Source of the DNA: Myxococcales bacterium
GTDB taxonomy: Bacteria > Myxococcota_A > UBA9042
Reading direction: 5' to 3'
Length of the DNA stretch: 20,939 bases
Assembly (NCBI GenBank): GCA_037441385.1
Contig: JBBISH010000112.1
Location: 1 to 20,939, forward strand
Part shown: one piece after another, positions 1 to 8,789 of the stretch
How positions within the stretch are numbered: the first letter of the stretch is position 1
Layout of the letters: each line of letters begins with the position of its first letter
Made by a program: the position numbers and the translations under genes
Notes under the pieces: model-generated
Databases searched by the model: none
The model's input: the letters and a program-made list of their open reading frames with translations, nothing else
Told to the model about the DNA's origin: nothing

Positions 1-44
1 CCGATCACCTCCAGCAAATCAAGAAACCGCGGCATGGCGCCAGG

Positions 45-137
45 GCCCGAAAGGGGATCCCCCGAGGGTGTCCAGAGGGCCGATGGCCCTTTGGCGCGGG
101 CCGCGCAGGCCGCAGGGGATCGGGGGCTAGGCCCCCG
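45..137. repeat. cluster of short GC palindromes (REP-like)
   Basis: Closely spaced hairpins in non-coding DNA: CCC-GAAA-GGG (46-55), GGGCC-GAT-GGCCC (76-88), CGGGGGC-TAG-GCCCCCG (121-137). Confidence 0.3.
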
Positions 138-431
138 AGTGTCGTCTGAGGCTGCTGGCCTTTTTCCCTCGGCCGCGGTGGCCGGGTGTTCATAGGATCT
201 ATGCGTTGCTGCTTGGCGAGGGTGACTAGGCAAAGGTGTCAGGCATTACCTGCGAACAGCATTCCAAGCAAGTTGTTGACTTTACGCAATTGATCCGGCC
301 AGATGCCTGGACGTGGTGACACCACTGCCGGCAAGACGCATTTCCGCCGCAGACGCTTGACGCCGACTTGCCGCCTGGCGCATCTTGAAGCTGCGGCCCA
401 CCGAACCCAGGCGTGAGCCCGGGAGCCTCTG

Positions 432-1373
432 ATGGCCAAGGCAGCACAAGTTCTCGCCATCGCGCTCGTTTTGACCCTATTGGCTGCAGCTGGGCTTGCC
501 GGGTGTGGCGCTCAGGCAGCGTCGGCAACGGGCGCGACAGGCACAGCCGCCGATGTTGCCCCCAGCGACGTCCCTGACACAAACGCAAGCCCAATGCCAA
601 CCGAGACGGCCGACCGTGGTGCCGGAGAAACTTCGGATGGCACGGTGGCAGCCGAGACTGGCATAGGCACGGGGACAGGCGCCAATGGCGACGCCGAGCC
701 CTATTGCCATCACGACTGCGTGTCAATGCGCGTGTGCCAAGACGGCGTCGTCAAGACCTACTCCAACGTGCCCGTGCCCTGCAAGTTCTGGACAGGTGAG
801 TGCACGCTCGACGGTCCAGCCTTGCCATGCCAGAAAGGCTGCCGCACCGACATGGGCGCCAATCCCAGTTTCTACGACATTTCGCTGCCGGCCCAAAATC
901 TGTGCGCCGAAGCAGTAGCCAAGGCCGTGGGCAGCCCGTGCCAGGGCGACGCGGACTGTCTAGGCGCAGCCCAGTGGGGCAAGTACGGTCCAGTCAACAT
1001 GTATTTAGCCTGCGACACGAGCGCTACCGGGCTGTGCGTCGCGGCACCGCCACCTGTCGTTGCCGACTGGGGCGAGACGTGCGGCCTCAAGGGTCTTGCG
1101 AAGTACGTCTCGTACACGCCCGCCAACATCTTGCCCGCTCCCGGTTGTCAATCGGGCCTTTGCTTTGTGCAAGGTGGCTACACGTGTTCGGTCGGCGTCC
1201 GCGCCGGCTGCACCAAGGCCTGTGCGCACGACTGGGAGTGCCCGCAAGGCGCCCTGTGCAAGTCGGTGGCTACCGTCCTGCAGTCCGGCAATGTCGAAGA
1301 GCTTTTGCATTGCGTGCCTGTGGCATCGACGCCCGGACTAGCGCCGTGGTACTGCCGCACCGATGTGCTGTGA
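432..1373 (+). CDS. Cys-rich secreted lipoprotein, unknown function
   Basis: 313-aa ORF with hydrophobic N-terminus and lipobox LAG-C, an Ala/Thr/Gly/Asp low-complexity linker, then a Cys-rich region (CQGDADC, CTKACAHDWECPQGALC). GGGAG lies upstream of the ATG. Confidence 0.8.
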   Translation: MAKAAQVLAIALVLTLLAAAGLAGCGAQAASATGATGTAADVAPSDVPDTNASPMPTETADRGAGETSDGTVAAETGIGTGTGANGDAEPYCHHDCVSMRVCQDGVVKTYSNVPVPCKFWTGECTLDGPALPCQKGCRTDMGANPSFYDISLPAQNLCAEAVAKAVGSPCQGDADCLGAAQWGKYGPVNMYLACDTSATGLCVAAPPPVVADWGETCGLKGLAKYVSYTPANILPAPGCQSGLCFVQGGYTCSVGVRAGCTKACAHDWECPQGALCKSVATVLQSGNVEELLHCVPVASTPGLAPWYCRTDVL

Positions 1374-1523
1374 TGGCGTCCGTGTGTGGTTTGATTTGGT
1401 GTGTGGTGTCCATGGGCCGGGCCGCACGTCCGGGGCAGTGGCGCTAGGTCTCAGGTTTTGCGGACAATTTGCCCGGTTCCCCACCTGGCATTACCAACCC
1501 GAAATTCGCGATGGGTCAAGCCG

Positions 1524-1544
1524 GGGTACAAAATGCCCCCCAAC
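1524..1544 (+). repeat. dispersed copy of the 21-bp motif
   Basis: GGGTACAAAATGCCCCCCAAC, 20/21 identical to 10495-10515. Confidence 0.8.
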
Positions 1545-1671
1545 TTCCACGCGCCGCCGCAATCACGCTCGGAAGTGTGGCTCCAACCTTGGCGCTGGCG
1601 AAACCATTGCCTTTTGGCGCGCCACAGCCAACGAACCCTTAGCCACCGCAAGCGGAGCACTCAAACTCTGC

Positions 1672-2085
1672 CACGACAGCCTGCCTCCCACGGCGCGCGA
1701 GCAGCTCAAGTGGTCGGCATTGCTGGCGATTAGCTCGATTGGCGAGGTGAACCTGCGCGCGCGGGTGGCGATGGCGGCGGTCAGCGAGGGCTGGCCGCTG
1801 GGCAAGGTGCGCGAGGTGGTGGCGCAGGCCCAGGGCGGCCGGGTGTGGGATACGGAGTCCGAGACGCCCGGCCTGCAGCTGCCCGAGCCCAAGCCCGCCG
1901 CCGCGCCGCAGCCCGGCCGCCTGGTGACCCGCACCGAGAAGTGGACCGAGGAAGTCGGCCAGTGGCAGCAGGAATTCGACCGCATCGACGCCAGCAAGCT
2001 GAGCAAGGTCCAGGTCGAGCGGGTGCGCGCGGCGGTGGCGACCCTGCGCGGGCAGCTGGATGCGGTGGAGAAGAGGCTGGGGTGA
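1672..2085 (+). pseudogene. probable 5'-truncated gene fragment, DUF1016_N/YhcG-N-like helical domain plus C-terminal coiled coil
   Basis: Only the 3' part of ORF 1363-2085 has gene-like GC3-rich codons. QLKWSALLAI..RARVAMAAVSEGWPLGKVREVV resembles the DUF1016 N-terminal pattern LSWSH..R..A..GWS..L. No convincing start or RBS; start coordinate approximate. Confidence 0.4.
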
Positions 2086-2090
2086 TGGGG
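1905..2090 (+). repeat. 186-bp direct repeat, copy 1
   Basis: Aligns without gaps to 3057-3242 with 3 mismatches (GAC/GAG, AGC/GGC, GTG/CTG). Confidence 0.95.
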
Positions 2091-2302
2091 GCCGCCCGCC
2101 TGTTCAAGCCGCGTGCTTTGCCGCATGGCCCGCCGGCACCCAAAATCCACCACCGAAATTCCCCCCGGCCGTCGATTTGGGATGCAAATCAAGGCGCAAG
2201 GAACGGAGCGACTGAGGCGACCTAGGGGTCGCCGCAGGGAGAGAAGTGACGCAGCAACGCCGAGTTGCGCCCAAAGCGGCGGATCGGGGGCACCGTTCGC
2301 CC

Positions 2303-2331
2303 TGGCCCCGGCAACCCCTTGTGGCTATACT
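2303..2331 (+). promoter_or_regulatory. putative sigma70 promoter of the TA operon
   Basis: -10 TATACT (2326-2331) with a weak -35 TGGCCC 17 bp upstream, about 40 bp before the ATG at 2373. Confidence 0.4.
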
Positions 2332-2372
2332 GGAAGGGGCGCGCACGGACATGCGTGCCCGCTTGGTACCGG

Positions 2373-2687
2373 ATGAAGCCGCTCTTGGACCCACAACGCG
2401 CCGCCAAGCTTGCCACCCTCTGCGCAAGTTGGGGGATTGCGCGCCTGGAGGTGTTCGGCTCGGCCGTGCGCGGCGAACTGCGGCCCGACTCCGACGTGGA
2501 CTTGCTGGCGAGTTTTGCAGGTGACCGGCACTACGATGCCTTTGCCCTGATGGACTTGCAGGACGAACTGGCCGCGTTGTTCGGCCGGCCGGTGGACCTG
2601 CTGACCCGCCGCGCCGTCGAGCGCAGTCGAAACTCGCTGCGCCGCCAACAGATTCTCTCCGAGGCGGAGGTGCTGGTTGGACCGTGA
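2373..2687 (+). CDS. MNT minimal nucleotidyltransferase antitoxin (MntA-like)
   Basis: 104 aa from ATG 2373. Has the GSX10DXD motif (FGSAVRGELRPDSDVD) and LFGRPVDL. Overlaps the downstream HEPN gene. Confidence 0.9.
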   Translation: MKPLLDPQRAAKLATLCASWGIARLEVFGSAVRGELRPDSDVDLLASFAGDRHYDAFALMDLQDELAALFGRPVDLLTRRAVERSRNSLRRQQILSEAEVLVGP

Positions 2688-3021
2688 CCTGGCCATCCTG
2701 GTCGACATGCTGCGCTTTGCTGGCGAAATGCTGACGATGCGCGAGCGCTTCACCTTGGTGCAGGTCGAGGCCGACGACGTGCTCACTTCGGCCATCCTGC
2801 ACAAGGCCATCATGCTGGGCGAGGCCGCCAACCGCGTATCGGCAGCGGGCCGCGAACGGTGGGCTTTGCCATGGCGCCACATGGTCGGCCTCCGCAACGT
2901 AGTAGTGCACGACTACGACGCCGTAGATCTCGAGGTCATTTGGGCGCTGGGCGAGGTCGAGTTACCGCGACTGGTCGCCCAGCTGCAGACCATCTTGCGT
3001 GACGCGGAGGACAAGAGCTGA
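2677..3021 (+). CDS. HEPN (DUF86) RNase toxin (HepT-like)
   Basis: 114 aa, TTG start. Has the RX4HXY motif (RNVVVHDY) within PWRHMVGLRN..DLEVIW, and LGEAA. Confidence 0.9.
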   Translation: MDRDLAILVDMLRFAGEMLTMRERFTLVQVEADDVLTSAILHKAIMLGEAANRVSAAGRERWALPWRHMVGLRNVVVHDYDAVDLEVIWALGEVELPRLVAQLQTILRDAEDKS

Positions 3022-3056
3022 GCAGTTTCTCGGCTTCGGGGGCAGATTCTGGCGGT

Positions 3057-3242
3057 GCCGCAGCCCGGCCGCCTGGTGACCCGCACCGAGAAGTGGACCG
3101 AGGAAGTCGGCCAGTGGCAGCAGGAATTCGAGCGCATCGACGCCGGCAAGCTGAGCAAGGTCCAGGTCGAGCGGGTGCGCGCGGCGCTGGCGACCCTGCG
3201 CGGGCAGCTGGATGCGGTGGAGAAGAGGCTGGGGTGATGGGG
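3057..3242 (+). repeat. 186-bp direct repeat, copy 2 (duplicated gene 3' end)
   Basis: Near-identical to 1905-2090 and includes the same stop codon. Confidence 0.95.
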
Positions 3243-3420
3243 AGGCAGGTCCGGGGCCTGCCGGATGGCGACCGCCCCGCTCGGCGACGCCGCTCGACGC
3301 AGCCGGCCGCAAACGCCACGCTTTGCGACCGCGACCTGACTGAGCTAGAACACCAACCAGAAACCTCCCTGATCCGGAGCAACGAAGGGACTTGCGGTCG
3401 AAAACCCGTGGATGCTTGGT

Positions 3421-3448
3421 GGGTCGCAAGCGGGCGCTTGCGCGACCC
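3421..3448. other. GC-rich stem-loop between convergent units
   Basis: GGGTCGC-AAGCG-GG-CGCTT-GC-GCGACCC. No U-tract, so not a canonical terminator. Confidence 0.3.
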
Positions 3449-3490
3449 GCCGCGACGTGGGAGCGGGGATTCGGGGTGGTGATCGGTGCT

Positions 3491-4660
3491 CTAGGGCACC
3501 ACGCACGTCGAGTTTTTGGCCTTGCACTTGGCTTCGTCTTTGCACGCGAGCGAGCCGGCGCAGTCGGCGTCCGATAGGGCCGCGCAGCCCCAACCTTTCA
3601 ACTTGCACCGCCCCAATTCCGCGCATGCCTTCGAGGCCGCGCAGTCCGCGTTGGCGGTGGGGCGGCATTGGCCCGACATCGCGTGGCACTTGCCATCGTT
3701 CTTGCACAGAGCCAGCGCGGCACACACGGCATCGCTGGTGGCCTGGCAAGTGCCTCCGACCGCGCTGCAGCGCCCGAGCTCGGTACACATCGTAGTACCG
3801 GCGCAATCTGAGCTCGAAACTGCGACACACTTGCCAGACACCGCATGGCACAGCCCTTGGGTGGCACAGGCCAGAGTCCGGGCGCAGTCGGCGTCGGCCA
3901 CCGCCACGCACTGGCCCTCTTTGGCTCCACACAGGCCCAGGACTTGGCACCACTGCGACGGCAGGCAATCGGAGTTGCTGGCAGCCACGCACCGCGAGCC
4001 AGCGGCAGTACAGTATCCGGCCTGCGCGCACCACGCCGAGGCGGCGCAGTCCGAAGAGTTCGCGGCCACGCAAGCGCAGTCGCTTGCCGTGCAAAGCCCG
4101 TGATCGGCGCATACCTTGGCCGACTTGCAGTGACCATCGCTGGTCGCACCGCAGCGCTTGCCGCAAACCGCGCATGCGCCCTCGATGGCGCAATTGATGG
4201 ACTTTTGGCAGGCCGCGTCGCTTGTGGCGGTGCATGCGCCAGCCACCGCGCTGCACAACCCGTGGTAGACACACGCCGACCAGGTACCCGTGCAGTCCGC
4301 ATCGCTCAGGGCCAAACACAGGCCGTCGCTTGCGCTGCATGCCCCCTCGTTCTGGCACACCGTGGCCTTGAGGCACGCCTCCGAGCTGAACGCCCAGCAG
4401 CGCCCTCCCTGGACCTGGCAATTGCCAAGCGACCGGCAGTCTGAGCTGGCGGCACAGTCCGCGTCGGTAGTGGCCAGGCAGCCGCCGAGATTCTGGGTAC
4501 ACTGGCCGTGGGCGGTGCACGACGCCGTCTCGCGGCAGGGCACCTCGTCACTCCCGGTCGCGCCGTTGCAGCCAGACACGAGGGCGGCCCCGGCGCTGGC
4601 CACCAGAGTCACAAGCCAGACCGCTGCGATCCTCCAGAAACGCAGTATCTTTGTGGGCAT
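3491..4660 (-). CDS. Cys-rich tandem-repeat lipoprotein (13 x ~27 aa)
   Basis: Start reassigned to ATG 4660 (GAGG RBS, MPTKILRF..., lipobox VSG-C). 13 repeats of C-x5-C-x3-G-x-C-x6-C-x7. Confidence 0.85.
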   Translation of the reverse strand: MPTKILRFWRIAAVWLVTLVASAGAALVSGCNGATGSDEVPCRETASCTAHGQCTQNLGGCLATTDADCAASSDCRSLGNCQVQGGRCWAFSSEACLKATVCQNEGACSASDGLCLALSDADCTGTWSACVYHGLCSAVAGACTATSDAACQKSINCAIEGACAVCGKRCGATSDGHCKSAKVCADHGLCTASDCACVAANSSDCAASAWCAQAGYCTAAGSRCVAASNSDCLPSQWCQVLGLCGAKEGQCVAVADADCARTLACATQGLCHAVSGKCVAVSSSDCAGTTMCTELGRCSAVGGTCQATSDAVCAALALCKNDGKCHAMSGQCRPTANADCAASKACAELGRCKLKGWGCAALSDADCAGSLACKDEAKCKAKNSTCVVP

Positions 4661-4789
4661 AGCATCCTCACGTTCGGGAACCTGCGCACAAACCTGCCAC
4701 GCATACGTCGCGCTCCCCCCGTCGCCGGCAGTCCCCGCCGCTGACCCGCCAAGATCGCGACCGCCAAACCGGACCTTCCAGCCTTCGCC

Positions 4790-4955
4790 CGCCAGCCTAC
4801 GCCGCAGCCCGACCCGCGTCAACGCCGCACACTGGTCACCGGACAACCGAATTATTCTGTAAGATCGAACTCTTGACTCAGCCGTCCTTGGAGATGGACG
4901 GCGTCATGCTAGCCCGCTGCTTCAGCGGCTGGTCCCCTCAAAACAGCCGACATTG
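4790..4955 (-). ncRNA. structured intergenic element, copy A (IS110-end/bridge-RNA-like, putative)
   Basis: 4880-4952 matches 10773-10845 at 61/73 nt without gaps. Similarity continues to a shared GCCTACGCCG near 4795. Stems GCCGTCC/GGACGGC and CCGCTG/CAGCGG. Confidence 0.5.
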
Positions 4956-6173
4956 CTACTGTTCCGGGCCCCGCCGCTCCGCAAGAATCAACAGGTTCCG
5001 CGGCGTCACCTCGCGCGCACAGAACGTGCCCACCTGCACCCGATAGCCCGCCTCGGCCAGCGCCTGCGCCCGGTCCAGCACCAGCCACGCCTCCAGCGGC
5101 GCCCGGAACAGGCCGCGCACCAATTCGCGCCGCTGCACTTGGGCCAGCCGCCGCCAGCCCGCCGCCTCGTGGTGCGACCAGGTGCAGTCGCGGGGCAGCT
5201 CCAAGCCGTCCAGGGCCGCGAACTGCTGACAAAACTGGGCAAACGGCAGTCGCAGCCAGGGGCGCGGAAACGGCGGCATGGTGCGGTAGGTGCCACTGCC
5301 AGTCACGGTGCGCTGCAGCTCGTCGAAACCGAGCCGCCACGCCTGTTCTTGCTGCGCACGCACCAGGTCGCTGCCAGCGGCCACCAGCGGCTCGCGGTGG
5401 AGCAGATCCAGGTCAGTCTGCGTCAATTCAAGCTGTTGCAGACGGCCCCGGGTCGAGCGCGCCAGCTCGCCGCGGGTCAGGTTGTAGCAGCACGGCGCCA
5501 GCGCCACCCCGGCCACGCCGCGCGCCACCGCCGCCGCCAGCAGCGCCGCGTGCAGGTCGCCGCAGGCGTGCAGGGCCACCAACCACTGATCGTGGCTCAA
5601 TATCTCTGCCGTCGTCGGCCCCAGCACATTGGCCTGCACAAAGCGGGCGCGCAGCCCCAGGTGGTCGCACTCGGCCTGCCCGGCCTGCACCAGCACCGCG
5701 TCCCGCTCCAGCGCCAGCAATGTTCCGCCGCTGAGCCGGGCCAACTGCCGCCCCAAGTGGCTTTTGCCGGCGCACCAATCGACCAGCGCCGGCTCGCGGG
5801 GCAGGCGCGGCTGCACGGCGCGACAGAATCCCTCGATCTGCCTGACTTTCCGCCCAGGGATCCGCCGGCTCGCATCGGCGCCCAGCGGTCGGGGCGGACC
5901 CAGAGCCAGGTCAGGCAGCGCCGCGAGATCCCGTGCCCTTTGCGCCACCTGCTGCAGCCACAGGGGCGCCCGATCCAGCCACGGCAGCGCGAGGTCGCCC
6001 ACCTCGGCGTCGCTCAGCCCGTCGAGCCAGGTTGCCAGCTCGGGATGGGTCGCCTGCCAGCCGAGCACAGGTTCCACAAAGGGCTGCGGACGCCATAGAT
6101 ACCCGTACTGCTGCAGCAATTCCGTCAGCGCCGGCAGGCGCTCGCGGAGATTCAATGGCTCGGAGGTGGACAC
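4956..6173 (-). CDS. SAM-dependent methyltransferase (Methyltransf_32-like)
   Basis: 405 aa with motifs VDWCAGKSHLG, ALHACGDLH, APCCY and TPRNLLI. Confidence 0.85.
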   Translation of the reverse strand: MSTSEPLNLRERLPALTELLQQYGYLWRPQPFVEPVLGWQATHPELATWLDGLSDAEVGDLALPWLDRAPLWLQQVAQRARDLAALPDLALGPPRPLGADASRRIPGRKVRQIEGFCRAVQPRLPREPALVDWCAGKSHLGRQLARLSGGTLLALERDAVLVQAGQAECDHLGLRARFVQANVLGPTTAEILSHDQWLVALHACGDLHAALLAAAVARGVAGVALAPCCYNLTRGELARSTRGRLQQLELTQTDLDLLHREPLVAAGSDLVRAQQEQAWRLGFDELQRTVTGSGTYRTMPPFPRPWLRLPFAQFCQQFAALDGLELPRDCTWSHHEAAGWRRLAQVQRRELVRGLFRAPLEAWLVLDRAQALAEAGYRVQVGTFCAREVTPRNLLILAERRGPEQ

Positions 6174-6175
6174 GT

Positions 6176-6718
6176 TCAGCGCCGGGGCGCCTGCGGCAGC
6201 TTGTCCAACGTCAGCGGGCGGCCGGTGGCCTTTTCAAAGGCGGCCAAGAACTTGGCCAGCGCTGCGGTCAGCTGCGTCCGCGCCGGCGACGGGCCGGGAG
6301 CAAGCACCAGCGCCCCTCGCGCCACGCTCACGCGCAAAACGCCCTCCGGCGAAGCGTGCAGGGACGCGCCGTCCGGCAGCGGCTGCAGGCCCGAGCCCTT
6401 CCGATTGGCCAGCTGCTGGGCCAGCGCCAACAACTGCCGGCCCGCCGCACCCGAGGGCCAGGTCACCGCGTCGTTGTGGTTGAACTCCAGCGGCACGCCG
6501 CCAAAGTACCCCGAGTAGCGCAGCAGGCCATCGCCGTCCAGGGCGTACGACTCGATGAGTTGGTTGGGGTATTTCTTGCCGTCCTGGGGGTGCTCGACCT
6601 CGTACCCCAGCGACAGCACGGTCGTCGCAGGCGTCGCCTTGGGCGTGGCGTGGGCGACCTGAGGCAGCGCGCCGATCGTGACGCTCGCCAGACCAGAAAC
6701 CAGAAGCCGCCGTGGCAT
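6176..6718 (-). CDS. secreted hypothetical protein
   Basis: Start reassigned to ATG 6718 (GGGGGAG RBS). Signal peptide ending AHA. Stop codon is 2 bp from the methyltransferase start, implying an operon. Confidence 0.7.
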   Translation of the reverse strand: MPRRLLVSGLASVTIGALPQVAHATPKATPATTVLSLGYEVEHPQDGKKYPNQLIESYALDGDGLLRYSGYFGGVPLEFNHNDAVTWPSGAAGRQLLALAQQLANRKGSGLQPLPDGASLHASPEGVLRVSVARGALVLAPGPSPARTQLTAALAKFLAAFEKATGRPLTLDKLPQAPRR

Positions 6719-6853
6719 GGACTCCCCCTTGCATGGACCCGGCGCCGGCGTCGCCACCCGCAAAAACACGAACGCCGGTGCGACTCTGCAGCCCCACCGG
6801 CGTTCGCCATTTCTGCGGACCCTTGGCTAACGCGCGGGTCCGTCAGGCACGGA

Positions 6854-7285
6854 TCAACCGCGCTCCAGCTTCTCGACGGCCAGCTCGAGCTCTTCGACGT
6901 TGACGTCGGTGCCCTTGCCGTCCAGGGTGAAGCCCTTCCACTTGGTCGGCCAGCCCTCGAAGAAGTTGTAGCGCATGATCTCGCTGCCGTCGTCGGCGCA
7001 GAGGATCACGGAGCCCGACTTGCGCTGCACCTTGCCCTCGACGACGGCCTTGCGCCATTCCCAGAGCTCAGTGTTGTTGATGTAGCCGCGCTTGAAGGTG
7101 ATGTTGCTGTACTTGGTGCGGCCCGGGCGCTTACGCAGCACCATGTCGTCGCCGTCCTGGTACTCGATGATCTCGGTCTCGCTGTCCAGGCCTTCCACGT
7201 TGCGGAAAGCACCCTGGGTGACGCCTTCGATCTCGATCTTGAAGTTGAAGTTACCGATGTGGTCAAACGCACGACGGTTCGGCAT
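6854..7285 (-). CDS. phage tail tube protein, T4 gp19 / eCIS (Afp1/5-like) family
   Basis: 143 aa with motifs FNFKIEIEG, F..VEGL..E.EIIEYQDG, RKRPGRTKYSNITFKRG, LWEW, WPTKWKG..LDG and EELELAVE. GGAG RBS. Confidence 0.92.
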   Translation of the reverse strand: MPNRRAFDHIGNFNFKIEIEGVTQGAFRNVEGLDSETEIIEYQDGDDMVLRKRPGRTKYSNITFKRGYINNTELWEWRKAVVEGKVQRKSGSVILCADDGSEIMRYNFFEGWPTKWKGFTLDGKGTDVNVEELELAVEKLERG

Positions 7286-7374
7286 CTGCAGTCTCCGGCC
7301 CCCTTCGAGGGCCTAGGCAAGTTGGCCAGGCAGCCCATGCTGCGCAGGCATTCGACGGTATCGCCTGGTCTGCC

Positions 7375-7390
7375 GCGTAGCGCGTGCCAA
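7375..7390 (-). promoter_or_regulatory. putative sigma54 (-24/-12) promoter for the tube gene
   Basis: Minus strand TTGGCACGCGCTACGC: perfect -24 TGGCACG and GG-N10-GC spacing, about 90 bp upstream of the ATG. The -12 box is imperfect. Confidence 0.4.
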
Positions 7391-7549
7391 ACCCCGAGGA
7401 ACGTCTGCACCCTACGCTGCGCGGGCCGGACATGCAAGCGAAATTGGTGGACGTGCGTGCGGCCGGGGTCGCCAGGCTCCAGCCTGCGGCGTGGCTTGCC
7501 CCGGTCGACCCCAGCAAGACCGACGACGACCGACAGGCAGCTGATTTTC

Positions 7550-8698
7550 CTAGTCGTCCGCCGCCTGGACCACCGTGTTCACCGCCTTCTCGAAGGCGCC
7601 CAGGTCCAGGTTGCCGTTGCCGCTGGGCTGAAAATACATGATCGGCGAGCCGTTCTTGGCAAACCCGTAGCCGCTGTTGCGGATCTCGGAGCCCTTGAAT
7701 TTGCTGGCATGCCCCTCGTTCATCTTGGTCCAGGCATCGACTTGGGCGGTGTCTTGGAGCACCGGGATCGTCTTGACCATCTTGATGAGGTCGGCGGGGT
7801 TCGACGACTGCTTGTCGGCGATGAGCACCATCACCGTGTCGCTGTGGCCGGTGTTGTTGGCCTGATCCTGCAGCTTTTGCATCAATTGGGCCTGCGAGCG
7901 GCACGACGCGCACCAGTCCGAGACCAGCGCCACGACGATCTTCTTGCCTTTGAAAGCCTCGAGGCCATAGCTGGTGTTGTAGAACGGGCTGCCGGGGTTG
8001 ATGTCTTGCAGCTGGAAGGCCGGCAGGTCGTGGAAGGTCTTGACGCACTGCGCCTTTTCGTCGCCGATGCTGGTGATGTCGCCCTTGAAGGCAATCTGCG
8101 CCAGGTCCACGTTGAAGTGGCGGCCCAGGTACTTCATGTTGACGATGCCGCCGAACTGCGGCTGCAGGGTCCGGTTGCGCAGGATCGCTTTGGCCATTCC
8201 GGCTTCGGGCTGACCCAGGGCTTCCAGCGGGAGGCTGCCGGCGGCGCCGACCGACGCGTAGATCACTTCGCTGCTGCTGGGTTCCTTGCTGCTCCAGCCT
8301 GGGCACAGGGCCAATTCGCTGCTGCCGTCGGCCTTGGCGACCTTGGCGCGCGCCCAGAATTTCACACCTTTGAGCTGCAGGCCCTCGCCCTGAAAACCGG
8401 CCTGGTACTCCAGTTCGAGCTTGCAGGTGCCGTCGGGCTGGGCGACCGAGACCGTCAGCGCCGGCACACAGGCCAACCCACCTGGATCCTTGTTGATTTG
8501 GTGCGTCATCGTCGCGACGGCCTTGAGGCCCTTGTACGAAACGGTGACGTCGGTATTGTCGATGCTGGCAGCGAATCCACCGGTGGCGGTCAGGGGCGTA
8601 TCCACGGGCGCGACTTGGGTTACGCCCGCGCTGTCGCACCCCAGCCAGAAGGCGCCCATCGCCAACCCAAGCAACACGGTCCCAACCTTGCCGCGCAT
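7550..8698 (-). CDS. lipoprotein with C-terminal thioredoxin-like (TlpA/AhpC-TSA-like) domain
   Basis: Lipobox WLG-C. C-terminal LPAFQLQDINPGS..FKGKKIVVALVSDWCASC (CxxC)..PVLQD. GGAGG RBS. Confidence 0.85.
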   Translation of the reverse strand: MRGKVGTVLLGLAMGAFWLGCDSAGVTQVAPVDTPLTATGGFAASIDNTDVTVSYKGLKAVATMTHQINKDPGGLACVPALTVSVAQPDGTCKLELEYQAGFQGEGLQLKGVKFWARAKVAKADGSSELALCPGWSSKEPSSSEVIYASVGAAGSLPLEALGQPEAGMAKAILRNRTLQPQFGGIVNMKYLGRHFNVDLAQIAFKGDITSIGDEKAQCVKTFHDLPAFQLQDINPGSPFYNTSYGLEAFKGKKIVVALVSDWCASCRSQAQLMQKLQDQANNTGHSDTVMVLIADKQSSNPADLIKMVKTIPVLQDTAQVDAWTKMNEGHASKFKGSEIRNSGYGFAKNGSPIMYFQPSGNGNLDLGAFEKAVNTVVQAADD

Positions 8699-8789
8699 CC
8701 AGACCTCCCGCGCAGGCCATACCGGCTTCGGCGACCGCGCTGAGACACGCTAACATGGGCCGCGGACTGGCGAAAGTGCCAGGTGGCGC

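Noticed and set aside
1..193. 62-aa minus-strand ORF, or a gene start at ATG 35 running off the window
   Set aside because: The ORF is Pro/Arg-rich and overlaps palindromes; too little sequence to support either call.
266..292. AT-rich CAAGTTGTTGACTTTAC tract as an island boundary or att site
   Set aside because: Single occurrence with no tRNA or integrase nearby; it may just be promoter DNA.
1905..3242. Diversity-generating retroelement TR/VR pair
   Set aside because: Only 3 mismatches, only one involving adenine, and no reverse transcriptase in the window.
5933..8743. 936-aa plus-strand ORF
   Set aside because: Antisense shadow of several well-supported minus-strand genes; Arg/Ala-rich with no motifs.
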